The notes beneath the pieces are model-generated. The model saw nothing but the letters and a program-made list of their open reading frames with translations, was not told where the DNA came from and did not search any database. Source: Candidatus Wolfebacteria bacterium GW2011_GWB1_47_1 (GTDB taxonomy: Bacteria > Patescibacteriota > Minisyncoccia > UBA6257 > UBA9933). Taken from it: 64,000 bases of DNA. The DNA lies in the NCBI GenBank assembly GCA_001029635.1, contig CP011209.1, positions 16,983-80,982 of the forward strand, written 5' to 3'. Below, one piece after another: positions 55,406 through 64,000 of the stretch; positions within the stretch are counted from its first letter, which is position 1, and the number at the start of each line of letters is the position of its first letter. The position numbers and the translations under genes were made by a program.

Positions 55406-56131
55406 TCATTTCTTCACAAACCAAAAGCATCCACATCCGTACACCTCCCCATTTGCCTGATCCGCAGTCGCATTCACGATCATGGGGCCACTTTTTTCAG
55501 GAATAAGCGAAAACTCCCTTAGCTCAAGTTCACTAAAATATTCCTTGATCATACCATATGAATAAATACGATGCGCATTAAATTGGATCTTTGGTTTACC
55601 GATTGGCACGACAAACAATAACGATCCACCAGACGCAAGTACGCGCTGCAATTCTTTGATCGCCTTCAAGTCACCGTCCGGGTCAATAGGGTCACCATAC
55701 CTTCCAAGACCTACATGCTCAACGGTATGCATACATGAAAGCGACTTAATGCTATTGTCCGCAAAAGGCAGCTTCATAAGATCCCCCTTCTCACTCGCCA
55801 GGCCGCTCAATTGCAGGTCGGCAGGACGATAGTCATAAAATTTAACAGGTACAAAAGCCGAAACGATTGAGGAAAAATAAAGACTCGAGGAAATATCCGT
55901 ATGAAATTCCGACTTGATCTCCGCAACTTTACGCGCCGCCCAAGCCGTGTGATACACATAATGCCGGTCGAATCCAGTCATCACAGTCTTATCAAGCGGG
56001 CACGGATACATATCTGAAACAGCCAATGAAAATCTCCCTCTTTTGCCCGCCAATTTTTTAAACGCAAAGTAATCCTTCAATACAAAAGGAGCGAGAAGAT
56101 ACTGTCGTATTTTTTTGATCGTTCGTTTCAT
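55406..56131 (-). CDS. class I SAM-dependent methyltransferase (probable sugar O-methyltransferase)
   Basis: 241 aa. Glycine-rich SAM-binding region and LFVVPIGKP motif. The assignment is weak. Confidence 0.6.
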   Translation of the reverse strand: MKRTIKKIRQYLLAPFVLKDYFAFKKLAGKRGRFSLAVSDMYPCPLDKTVMTGFDRHYVYHTAWAARKVAEIKSEFHTDISSSLYFSSIVSAFVPVKFYDYRPADLQLSGLASEKGDLMKLPFADNSIKSLSCMHTVEHVGLGRYGDPIDPDGDLKAIKELQRVLASGGSLLFVVPIGKPKIQFNAHRIYSYGMIKEYFSELELREFSLIPEKSGPMIVNATADQANGEVYGCGCFWFVKK

Positions 56132-57063
56132 TGTGAAATGATAGAGAGATACCGTTCCGCCGATTTTCTATCCGTAAAATGTTCCAAGGCATATGCACGA
56201 GTCCGGAATGATCCCAAGCTGGCCATAAAGTCGCTAAGCACCGCAAGATCTTCCGCGCCTTTGAAGCGCATCCCACACGCATCCACAAGGTACGGAGCGG
56301 AGCTTGCCCCGCTCCACTCGCGGCCACCTCCAGTAAACAGCCCCCTATCCCAGACCAGCGTAGGTACCCCTCGGATCCATGCCTCGGCAAGCGCGAGCCC
56401 CTGACTCTCTGATTCAGTTAAATATATCATGCCTGACACCGTTTCCAAAAGCGCAAAGTAATCGCGTTGATCAAATGATCCGTATTCCAAGACCACATAG
56501 GGAATATGCGTGTCAGCCAAATGTCTTACGACTGCATCGAAGATATACTTAGGCGCATGCTTTTTATAGATCAATAATCCGCTACGCGCACCCTGCGGCA
56601 CTTCGCCCGGATCCTGCACGCCCGCGGCCCATACGGCGATCCGCGGAGCGAGCTCGGGGCGCAACGAGACCCATAGATCCTTTACCCATTGTGCCGGCAC
56701 CACAATAACATCGATGGCATCGTCTCGCATAATGTCTTGTACATCATCCGGAAATACTACAATGTTCGGGCCTGCGACTATCTTTTTCACCAGCCCTTTT
56801 CGCTTCCATTCGATCACCCTCTGTAATGCGCATGTCCCGCTTAATACACAGGCGACATCGATCGGTTCCGCGGGTTTCTTGTCGATGGCGACCTGCATAT
56901 CCAGTTCACGCAAACCACGCACAAGACTGTCGAACACCGCCCGCGGCCCACGACTTCCACGACCGATTAGATTTTTAATAAACGCCTTCACTCTGGAGAT
57001 AGCGCACGATTGCTCAGTATAGATGTGGAGAGACTCGGGGGTATATTGCATATTACAGTGCAC
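56128..57063 (-). CDS. glycosyltransferase (GT4-like C-terminal domain)
   Basis: 311 aa. C-terminal E-x7-E motif SESQGLALAEAWIRGVPTLV. Confidence 0.6.
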   Translation of the reverse strand: MHCNMQYTPESLHIYTEQSCAISRVKAFIKNLIGRGSRGPRAVFDSLVRGLRELDMQVAIDKKPAEPIDVACVLSGTCALQRVIEWKRKGLVKKIVAGPNIVVFPDDVQDIMRDDAIDVIVVPAQWVKDLWVSLRPELAPRIAVWAAGVQDPGEVPQGARSGLLIYKKHAPKYIFDAVVRHLADTHIPYVVLEYGSFDQRDYFALLETVSGMIYLTESESQGLALAEAWIRGVPTLVWDRGLFTGGGREWSGASSAPYLVDACGMRFKGAEDLAVLSDFMASLGSFRTRAYALEHFTDRKSAERYLSIISQ

Positions 57064-58105
57064 GTTTTCTAAAATACGCCTGCTTTGCTTTTTCTAATGT
57101 CTTGATTTGTTTAAATGGTTTGTATGCACGGGCAAAAAGCGCTCGCAACCGATTTCGTCGCGTGACATGTCTAACTATGACGAGTTCATTCTTCTCAAGC
57201 TCCTTCGCCCGTACAGGGTTAATCGTCCTTCGCTTCGCGGCGTCGAGCGGCTGATCAATAATGCGAATCAAAAAATTCTCAAATCCTTTTCGCACCAAAT
57301 CAAAGTCATATCCTTTGGCAACGACGGGCTCGTTGATAATACTCAGATAGAGATCATTATCGCGGTCTATTTCCTCAACCCGCTTCACTGCCGCATCAAA
57401 ATCCTTATACCTATGACAATTAATGAACCGCTTTTCATTGAACTCGCGCCCGATGTCGGGATTTCCCCAGTAGATCGGAATCGTCTTTGCCAAGAGAGAG
57501 CTGACAATCTTTTCCGTGGTATAACCGCTTCGAGAAGAATTTTCAAAGGCAATCGAAAATTTATGCTCCGCTTCGAATGCCAGTTTGTTAGCAACTTTGC
57601 CACCGACATTATTCAAATATCCGCCGCCTGCATGCACCTGCTTATACGCACTCAGCTTGTCAAAAAATGTCTTGCGCGCATCGCTCCCTAGATAATTCGA
57701 GTAGACAAAACTGCAAAACCCGGTCTTCTTCAGAAGATCTGTTTTGGTAAGAAAAACTTGCTTGGCAAAATCGGCATCCCCGATCATCTCCAACTCTTCC
57801 TTGCGGTAAAATATAGCCATCAAATACAGCGGCATCCGATAATACCGGTCCCCGAAATCCATATGATCAAATCCGAAGGCATAATCGCAAAGATTAAAAT
57901 CGGGACTGATATTCTCGCCAGTATAGAATATACGAATGCAATCGTGATCCAAATATTCATAGGTTGATTCGTGATAAAAAAGATAATCGGGTCGATCCGA
58001 CAATTCCACATCATAGTGCTTCGTCAGAAGGTCATAAATATACCACCCGCGCGAGTCCTTGTTGCTCTTATCAAATTCACAGATTTTGATGCGTATCTTT
58101 TTCAT
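57053..58105 (-). CDS. alpha-1,3(/4)-fucosyltransferase (GT10 family)
   Basis: 350 aa. KFSIAFENSSRSGYTTEKI matches the GT10 motif (FxxAFENSxxxxYxTEK). N-terminal region typical of FutA-like enzymes. Confidence 0.75.
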   Translation of the reverse strand: MKKIRIKICEFDKSNKDSRGWYIYDLLTKHYDVELSDRPDYLFYHESTYEYLDHDCIRIFYTGENISPDFNLCDYAFGFDHMDFGDRYYRMPLYLMAIFYRKEELEMIGDADFAKQVFLTKTDLLKKTGFCSFVYSNYLGSDARKTFFDKLSAYKQVHAGGGYLNNVGGKVANKLAFEAEHKFSIAFENSSRSGYTTEKIVSSLLAKTIPIYWGNPDIGREFNEKRFINCHRYKDFDAAVKRVEEIDRDNDLYLSIINEPVVAKGYDFDLVRKGFENFLIRIIDQPLDAAKRRTINPVRAKELEKNELVIVRHVTRRNRLRALFARAYKPFKQIKTLEKAKQAYFRKRAL

Positions 58106-58111
58106 CGGTTA

Positions 58112-59047
58112 CTATATAATGGTCGAGATGATCTGGCTTGCATAGAGCGGATCGTCACAATCTTCCGGATTTCGTTCACCTATCTCATTGAAATACTTGT
58201 ACGGGACTTTTACAAGGGTCGCCTCTTTTCTTAAGAACATCTCGTACTCCATATCGATATGCCCCACATCAATGACCCGATATCCTGCCAAGAACAGGTC
58301 ATAGGCAAGCACCTTAGCCGCAGGCCCAAGCGAAACAAGTATCATCCTATCCTTTCCGACCTTCATCGCTTCTGTCTTTATCGCATCATACCGTTCAAAG
58401 GCATTTTCAGGCGGGCATAGTATTCTGCCCAATGACGCAACATTATTGAACATATCATTACCAACTCCCAGCCGACTTTTTGATCCTTCGATCAATACAA
58501 CATCTTTCCCTTCCCAAATGGAAAAAAGGTTTTTAAAAATATCCCCGCATTGAGACTTATCTACAGCCCCTAAGTAGGGGCGAGTTATGGATGCATTGCC
58601 GTATAGTTGATCACGAGATAGCAACCGCTCCCATACATGTCCATATCTAAACAAATGATGGATAGTGAACCAAAAAGCCTGCTTTGTGATCCCGTCAAGC
58701 TTTCCCCAGTAGGCGGGGACACATATCAGGAGTCCATCCTCATTCAACTGCAGGACAGATGTAAGCCGCAAAGCTAATGCATTATTTTTTCCCTGAAAAG
58801 CGAGATCTCCATTATTAATAAGGGACATTTCCCCATCGCCAAATCGGACAACCGAAAGATTGTCTTTTTTAATACGATTGATGGTGTCGTTCATCGAGAG
58901 CACAGTCGGTACCCGCCTATTCTTTCGGATATACACGTTAGAAAAATAAACAGCATATCCAATAAGCGGCCCAATAGATTTCCGCGCCCAAAGCGGAGTA
59001 TATTCCCGCATCGTATCAATAATGACTCTGCTTAACGGTTTCTTCAT
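58112..59047 (-). CDS. GT-D type glycosyltransferase (DUF1792-like)
   Basis: 311 aa. The SVVRFGDGEM motif near the N-terminus is characteristic of DUF1792/GT-D enzymes. Confidence 0.55.
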   Translation of the reverse strand: MKKPLSRVIIDTMREYTPLWARKSIGPLIGYAVYFSNVYIRKNRRVPTVLSMNDTINRIKKDNLSVVRFGDGEMSLINNGDLAFQGKNNALALRLTSVLQLNEDGLLICVPAYWGKLDGITKQAFWFTIHHLFRYGHVWERLLSRDQLYGNASITRPYLGAVDKSQCGDIFKNLFSIWEGKDVVLIEGSKSRLGVGNDMFNNVASLGRILCPPENAFERYDAIKTEAMKVGKDRMILVSLGPAAKVLAYDLFLAGYRVIDVGHIDMEYEMFLRKEATLVKVPYKYFNEIGERNPEDCDDPLYASQIISTII

Positions 59048-59670
59048 AGACCTTTCAGCTTATAGTACGAATTATTTCCATCCCAAAAAACCTTCCGATA
59101 TCCAAAGCGCTTCAGCAGACTGTAGTTATCACCCTCCAGGCAGATAACCCGCGCCTTGTATTTATTCCAGTCATTACTCCTCAAAACCTCGTTTTCAAAC
59201 GTCTCGACATCGATCGAAATAAAGTCGACCAAATGCAAATCGTGTTCCTGAAAAACTTCTCGAAGCGGCTTGAGCGTAAGTCGCTTATGGGACTTCATTC
59301 CACGCAATTCGGCAAGCTCCCGCACGCATGTATTACCGGACGTATCATCGCCTCCTTCAAAATAGTCGATTTCCCCTTCGCCGATGGCGCAATTCAAATT
59401 CACATCCTCCGGCCTTTTTTCTACGAACAAGGCGTAGCCGGTTGGATCGGGCTCGATGTTTATTCCCCGCCATCCGCGCTCATAGAATAGTTTGGTATTG
59501 TTTATCCGATCGGGATGGTTCGCACCGATGTCGATATAGGTCCCCCTTTCCTTATGCCCGGTAAGCCAGTCGATAATCACATCTTCATTCAAGGAAGAGT
59601 AGGATGGCTTTTTATGCAGCCCCATGATTCGGACCATAATCCTGCCGAGGTAATATTTCAATTTCGTCAT
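59044..59670 (-). CDS. FkbM-family methyltransferase
   Basis: 208 aa with YIDIGANHPD and IDVETFENEVL motifs. Confidence 0.8.
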   Translation of the reverse strand: MTKLKYYLGRIMVRIMGLHKKPSYSSLNEDVIIDWLTGHKERGTYIDIGANHPDRINNTKLFYERGWRGINIEPDPTGYALFVEKRPEDVNLNCAIGEGEIDYFEGGDDTSGNTCVRELAELRGMKSHKRLTLKPLREVFQEHDLHLVDFISIDVETFENEVLRSNDWNKYKARVICLEGDNYSLLKRFGYRKVFWDGNNSYYKLKGL

Positions 59671-59683
59671 GTAATGATAGTGG

Positions 59684-60514
59684 TTATTTGAATTCTTTCA
59701 ACAAATCTTCCTTTGCAGCTCCATACGCGTTCTCGATCGTCTCCAACGTGATGCCGTGTTCAAGCTCATACAATTTAGCATAGGCCATGAGTCTGAAGAA
59801 GACGTAATGCAATACAATAATAAGACCCAGGATGCCAAGACGGTAGCTCTGCTTGCCGTAAATCCAGCAATACCGCGCCATAGCGGCGATCATGCGCAAT
59901 GCGCTGAACCGCTTTCCCGCCGCATGCTTTTCCGCAGCCTCTATTTCCGCATAGCGGAGATGGCCCGTCACGAACTTGTGTGTCTCATAGGTACTAAAGT
60001 GTCGCATGGCATACTTCTCTTTGTTCGGTAGTTGCAGCAACTGATCGGTACTGCCGGTAAACCTGCCCATCCCATGAATATGGTTGCCGGAGAAGTCGAT
60101 AAAATCCTTATGGAAAAACATGGGGATATACGCCTTAAGCGCATAGTGTTCGGTATTGCCCCATAGGTAAGTATAGAGCGGGATCAACACCTGCTTCACC
60201 TTGTCTTCTTTTGCGATCGCAGTCATCCTCTCCAGAAGACTCTTGGGAGCAAGCGTATCCGCAAATCCCCAGTAGATCCAATCGGTCTTTACATATTCCT
60301 TCACAAACGCAAACATCTCCGGATTTTCCGCGAGGATATCCATTTTGGGGCGCACAACATATTGAGCCCCCAATTGCTCGACGATCTCCTTAGTCCGATC
60401 GGTACTGCTATCGTCCATAACGATAACCTCTCCATAGGGAATGAAGTTCCGAACGACATACTCGATTCGCTTTTCCTCATTATAGGTAAAAATGACAAAT
60501 GTGATGGTGCTCAT
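59684..60514 (-). CDS. glycosyltransferase family 2
   Basis: ITFVIFTYNEEKRIEYVV...VMDDSSTD. Confidence 0.85.
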   Translation of the reverse strand: MSTITFVIFTYNEEKRIEYVVRNFIPYGEVIVMDDSSTDRTKEIVEQLGAQYVVRPKMDILAENPEMFAFVKEYVKTDWIYWGFADTLAPKSLLERMTAIAKEDKVKQVLIPLYTYLWGNTEHYALKAYIPMFFHKDFIDFSGNHIHGMGRFTGSTDQLLQLPNKEKYAMRHFSTYETHKFVTGHLRYAEIEAAEKHAAGKRFSALRMIAAMARYCWIYGKQSYRLGILGLIIVLHYVFFRLMAYAKLYELEHGITLETIENAYGAAKEDLLKEFK

Positions 60515-60520
60515 AGTTGA

Positions 60521-61504
60521 TTATTTCATTAAGGCGATAATCCGTTTTCTGGTATCCCGAATCAGAACGACCACCGGATTGGGGACGAAATAGATCATAG
60601 TCACCAATAGTAAGTATGGGATACTTGCGCCGCGCAGATTATCGTAGATATACCTCAAATTTGCAATGGTACATTGTAATCCATGTCCCTTCGCCCGCAA
60701 TAGGATAATAGGAATGCTTTTACTATTTACTCCCAAGGCATGTAAAATGCGATCCTTGTCAAAACCGAACGAGCTCATGCGTTGCAATAGAATGTTTGAA
60801 CTTACATAAGTAAAAAGTTCGGTGCCTCCTTTTACCCACTGGCATTCCTGCCCCGTTGCTACTCCTGGCTGCCGTATATACAAACTTTTTTTATGTGATG
60901 CTATAAGCACTCTCAAAACGGTCTCGTAGTAGAACCAATGCTCAAGAGCATCCTCTCTATCTGCGCATGAAAGCCACATATCGCGATTAAACATGAGAAC
61001 ACTGAACCCTCCCTGACAATAACCGAGAAAATAAAATTCATTGGGGTCATCAACTGCAATAGCCTCATTGGATAGAAATTCCCGCCTACTCGTAAGGTCC
61101 GCGATCTGCGGGATCGGGGTCGCCTCTATCGTTACGACATCATACTGATGATCCTTTATTTTATCCAAAATAAACTCAATTGCGCCATTAATGATGACGT
61201 CATCGTCAGCCATATACCAGCAATAATATCCGTTTGCCCGTGTTACAGCATTGAATATATTTCCGTTACAGCCGATGTTTGTTTCATTCCGAAAATACCT
61301 GATATTTTCAAATCGTTCCTGAAAACTCCTTACAATGGCGGCAGTTTCATCATCATCACCGTTATCAGATATAACCACCTCGACTTGCTCACAAACTCGC
61401 TCATCATTAAATTGACGAACAATACTTTCTAGAGTCTCCTGTAGACCATGTGGACGCTTATAGGTAGTGAGGCAGATGCTTAATAATGGCTTGTTACTTT
61501 TCAT
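60521..61504 (-). CDS. glycosyltransferase family 2
   Basis: LSICLTTYKRPHGLQETLESIVRQ...VVISDNGDDDETAAIV. Confidence 0.85.
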   Translation of the reverse strand: MKSNKPLLSICLTTYKRPHGLQETLESIVRQFNDERVCEQVEVVISDNGDDDETAAIVRSFQERFENIRYFRNETNIGCNGNIFNAVTRANGYYCWYMADDDVIINGAIEFILDKIKDHQYDVVTIEATPIPQIADLTSRREFLSNEAIAVDDPNEFYFLGYCQGGFSVLMFNRDMWLSCADREDALEHWFYYETVLRVLIASHKKSLYIRQPGVATGQECQWVKGGTELFTYVSSNILLQRMSSFGFDKDRILHALGVNSKSIPIILLRAKGHGLQCTIANLRYIYDNLRGASIPYLLLVTMIYFVPNPVVVLIRDTRKRIIALMK

Positions 61505-62816
61505 ACCTTTTTTTATTATTAATAATTATAGCAATAATCGGAATAGCGATATACGATATTAACGTAGCCAAGGCAGCACCACTAATCCCAAACTTAGGGA
61601 TTAAATACAAGTTCAACAAAACATTCATCGCCATGGAAAAAAAGTTCACAAAAAATACGGAGCTTGTCCTATGTTCAATAATCAGATAATTATTGACGAT
61701 AGCCGCCATACCGACGCCAATTCCTGCCCACACATAGATCCGTAGTACTCCAACGGCGGGCATATAGGCAACGCCGTACAACAACCTGATGATCAATGGG
61801 GCGAACAGATAGATCGGGAGCGCAACAGCGACCGAACCGAGGAATACATAGAGGGTTAATTTTATCAAACGATTCCGGTAAACCGCATGCCCGACTTTCT
61901 TGGCGTTCACAATCGCCGGGAAAACGGAGGAGATGATGATACTGGGAACAAAATACCATACTTCCGCGATCCGTACCGCGGCATCATACAATCCAACCGA
62001 GCGGATATCCATCAACTGCTTGATCATAACCTGATCGATACGACCGGCGATCGAAGCAAACGCGCTTGATAAAATAAGCGGCAAAGAAACGATAAACATA
62101 GACCTTGCAAGGTTGTGATCAAATTGCCATTGACTGATCTTCAATTGTTGCCGTTGGTAAACAAACCAATGCCCTAGAAAATATAAAATTGGCTCTAAGA
62201 ATAATACAAGCGCAATAAACAGCAGCCCTTTGTGAAGCCAGATAACGGACAACTTCATCGTCGTCAGCAATGCGGTGACAGTCAAATAAACGACGGTGGT
62301 ATGCTTGGAAAGCAGATTAGCCTGAAAAAAGTACTGAAAAACATTAAACGATTGGAATATAAGTGATGCGGCGATAATAATGATGATGAGATTAACGCGA
62401 GCATCATTATACATAAAAGGCAGCGCGGTAAAAATTGCTGCGATTGTAATAAGACTTCCGATTATTTTTAATCCAAGCGCCGTACCAAGTAGTTTATCTC
62501 GATCATGAGGACGATCAACCAGATCTCTGTATAAAATGGAATCAATCCCTAAGCTTGCCAAGAAGCCAAACAGGGCAACAAAGCTAAGGGCGTAGCTTAA
62601 CGCACCATTATTCTCCGGGCCCAAATAGCGGACCAGGTAGACCGAAGAATAGAACGAGATGGCCATGCCGCCAAGTCTGCCTAAAAAGAGCCACCCAGTA
62701 TTCTTAAAGTACCGCTTAAACCCCTCATGGGTTCGCATACGGCGAAAATCAGTCGTGAATAAATTCACCATTCCATAATATTGCAAAACAAGTTTTTCCT
62801 TGGCGCGGCGAATCAT
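61494..62816 (-). CDS. oligosaccharide flippase (Wzx/MOP superfamily), second copy in the locus
   Basis: 440 aa, polytopic, with PST-family architecture. Confidence 0.8.
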   Translation of the reverse strand: MIRRAKEKLVLQYYGMVNLFTTDFRRMRTHEGFKRYFKNTGWLFLGRLGGMAISFYSSVYLVRYLGPENNGALSYALSFVALFGFLASLGIDSILYRDLVDRPHDRDKLLGTALGLKIIGSLITIAAIFTALPFMYNDARVNLIIIIIAASLIFQSFNVFQYFFQANLLSKHTTVVYLTVTALLTTMKLSVIWLHKGLLFIALVLFLEPILYFLGHWFVYQRQQLKISQWQFDHNLARSMFIVSLPLILSSAFASIAGRIDQVMIKQLMDIRSVGLYDAAVRIAEVWYFVPSIIISSVFPAIVNAKKVGHAVYRNRLIKLTLYVFLGSVAVALPIYLFAPLIIRLLYGVAYMPAVGVLRIYVWAGIGVGMAAIVNNYLIIEHRTSSVFFVNFFSMAMNVLLNLYLIPKFGISGAALATLISYIAIPIIAIIINNKKRYEK

Positions 62817-62821
62817 AACTA

Positions 62822-63067
62822 TTACCAGTCTCGTGTTTTTTCCTTAGTCTTTGTCTTTACCTTCTGATATATCTCCGTCGCCTTCTCGTCAACAACTGGG
62901 GAAAGCAATCGTAATAGTTCATGCCCCAAAATCCGATATTGCCCTCCGACTTTATTAGCACGAATAAGCCCCTTCTTCAAAAGACGCTTCATCGTGCTAT
63001 TACTCACTTTTAGCAATACCTCTGCCTCACCGGTGGTATATACTTCGTTCGCTTTTATTTCAGCCAT
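62822..63067 (-). CDS. excisionase-family/MerR-like HTH DNA-binding protein
   Basis: 81 aa. YTTGEAEVLLKVSNSTMKRLLKKGLIRANKVGGQYRI matches the excisionase-family HTH_17 pattern. The upstream region carries direct repeats GGTGTCAC-TA-GGTGTCA and (A)ATCTCT x3. Confidence 0.7.
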   Translation of the reverse strand: MAEIKANEVYTTGEAEVLLKVSNSTMKRLLKKGLIRANKVGGQYRILGHELLRLLSPVVDEKATEIYQKVKTKTKEKTRDW

Positions 63068-63191
63068 AATCGTATTCCCCCTTAATCTCTTATCTCTAAT
63101 CTCTGACCTCTAGCTCATGAATTGTATCAAAAGGTGTCACTAGGTGTCAAAAATAACAAAAACAGCGCGATAAGCACTGTTTTTTACTTAC

Positions 63192-64000
63192 TCACTGGAA
63201 ATCAACCGCCGGCCACTGTCCCTTTTCAACCATCTCTTTCATTAAAAGGGCATTCTTTGATTGTTCAGTGTCAATTACCGCAAGCCGTTCGGCCGCTATA
63301 ATAAACCGTTCCTTATCTCTGTGCTCATACGCAGCTCTCAAAATGGCACGGTACAAGTTGCGCACAAATTCATCCCGCGAACCCGCAAGTGTCGACGACT
63401 GCATTGCGATCTCGAGCTCGCGTAAAGCCTCTTTGTAATCACCCCCGCTCCCCATAATGACAATTCCAAGATAATAATGTGTCTCGGGAGAAATCGAGTC
63501 CACGACCAGCTCATCGCGCAACAGCGTAATCGCCTCCTGGGCGCGTCCTTGGTACGAAAGATTGAGCGAATACGCATAAACGACATCCTGCCGCATTGGA
63601 GCAAGCCTAAGCGCAGTCTTATAATATTCTTCCGCCTTTTTCAGATATTGCTCATCCCCGGTTGTCTTTCCCATCCGGTCATACACACTGGCAATCGTAA
63701 CAAGGAATCGCGGGTTCATGCCTTCTCGTTGAATCAACTCCTCCATCTTTAGGAGCGAGAGGTCAAAAAGTGATTTCGCCTGCGGGTTGCTATAATTTGC
63801 AACACCGACGGTCAAAAAGTGCGATCGAATATCCTGTTGGGCAAATGTATACGGCTCAAATATTGCGCCCGGCTGCTGAACGATAAGCCCGAACTTTTGA
63901 TCCCTAATGGCGGCAAGGTAATTATTCATCTGCGACATCGGGACTAACGTCCAAAAGATAAGCCCCCACAAAAAGAATACTGTCGCGACCCCGGCAGCAC
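63192..64000 (-). CDS. TPR-repeat protein; N-terminus probably outside the window
   Basis: TPR-like helical repeats (AEEYYKTALRLAP..., YYLGIVIMGSGGDYKEALRELEIA). The track ORF begins with a TTG at 63971 and there is no upstream stop before the window end. Confidence 0.65.
   Translation of the reverse strand, partial: AAGVATVFFLWGLIFWTLVPMSQMNNYLAAIRDQKFGLIVQQPGAIFEPYTFAQQDIRSHFLTVGVANYSNPQAKSLFDLSLLKMEELIQREGMNPRFLVTIASVYDRMGKTTGDEQYLKKAEEYYKTALRLAPMRQDVVYAYSLNLSYQGRAQEAITLLRDELVVDSISPETHYYLGIVIMGSGGDYKEALRELEIAMQSSTLAGSRDEFVRNLYRAILRAAYEHRDKERFIIAAERLAVIDTEQSKNALLMKEMVEKGQWPAVDFQ

Noticed and set aside
1-64000. Search for tRNA, rRNA, CRISPR arrays, transposases and integrases
   Set aside because: I could not recognise any cloverleaf-like tRNA (apart from the tmRNA tRNA-like domain), rDNA, regular repeat-spacer array, DDE transposase or tyrosine/serine recombinase ORF. 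The window appears to lack these, though a tRNAscan/Infernal run would be the definitive check.

Overview
This 64 kb window is gene-dense and mostly minus-strand. It looks like a small-genome bacterium with Patescibacteria-like traits (compact ribosomal operons, RpoA without a C-terminal domain, pilin-LamG protein, many glycosyltransferases), though this cannot be proven from sequence alone. Coordinates I read directly from the sequence, rather than taking from the ORF track, may be off by 1-2 nt.

Layout:
1. 1-8.15 kb: a complete Type I restriction-modification locus, hsdM-hsdS-(RloC/PrrC-like AAA_13 ATPase)-hsdR. hsdR is truncated by the window edge.
2. 8.2-12.4 kb: an AT-rich block of seven small hypothetical genes. 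It includes a terminase-small-like HTH protein and a Panacea(DUF4065)/putative toxin pair, so it is probably an island of mobile or defence origin.
3. 12.6-21.0 kb: housekeeping genes: ClpP-family protease, yqeY, rpsU, HIT, hisS, lepB, pth, a GC-rich secreted protein, an SDR-like oxidoreductase, LCP and folD.
4. 21.1-22.6 kb: three tandem, divergent ~125 aa paralogs. Each has a near-identical promoter/palindromic operator and its own terminator.
5. 22.8-28.2 kb: argS, a pilin-like LamG protein, an Nfu_N protein, smpB with a tmRNA gene, and infC-rpmI-rplT.
6. 28.2-31.6 kb: a minimal nucleotidyltransferase, a Nudix protein with a disordered basic tail, and a run of small genes (the three short ones separated by reiterated terminator+promoter modules).
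7. 31.7-36.8 kb: rpsJ, tuf and the alpha operon (infA-rpmJ-rpsM-rpsK-rpsD-rpoA-rplQ). The S10 operon stops after rpsJ, and a ~100 nt leader element is duplicated upstream of rpsD and rpmJ.
8. 36.8-40.5 kb: hypothetical genes (including DUF3800) and a candidate promoter-to-terminator small transcript.
9. 40.6-45.3 kb: gpmI and a 993 aa repetitive, collagen-like surface protein.
10. 45.3-48.4 kb: a thiol-redox cluster (trxB, grx, SPW, dsbA).
11. 48.6-62.8 kb: a surface-glycan locus with a priming transferase, two flippases, about seven glycosyltransferases including GT10 and GT11 fucosyltransferases, and two methyltransferases. An HTH gene and a TPR gene follow.

A family of short hairpin repeats (CTGGATTCCGGC-loop-GCCGGAATGACA and TGTCAT-terminated relatives, at least 8 copies) is scattered through intergenic regions. 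No rRNA, CRISPR array, transposase or integrase was found.
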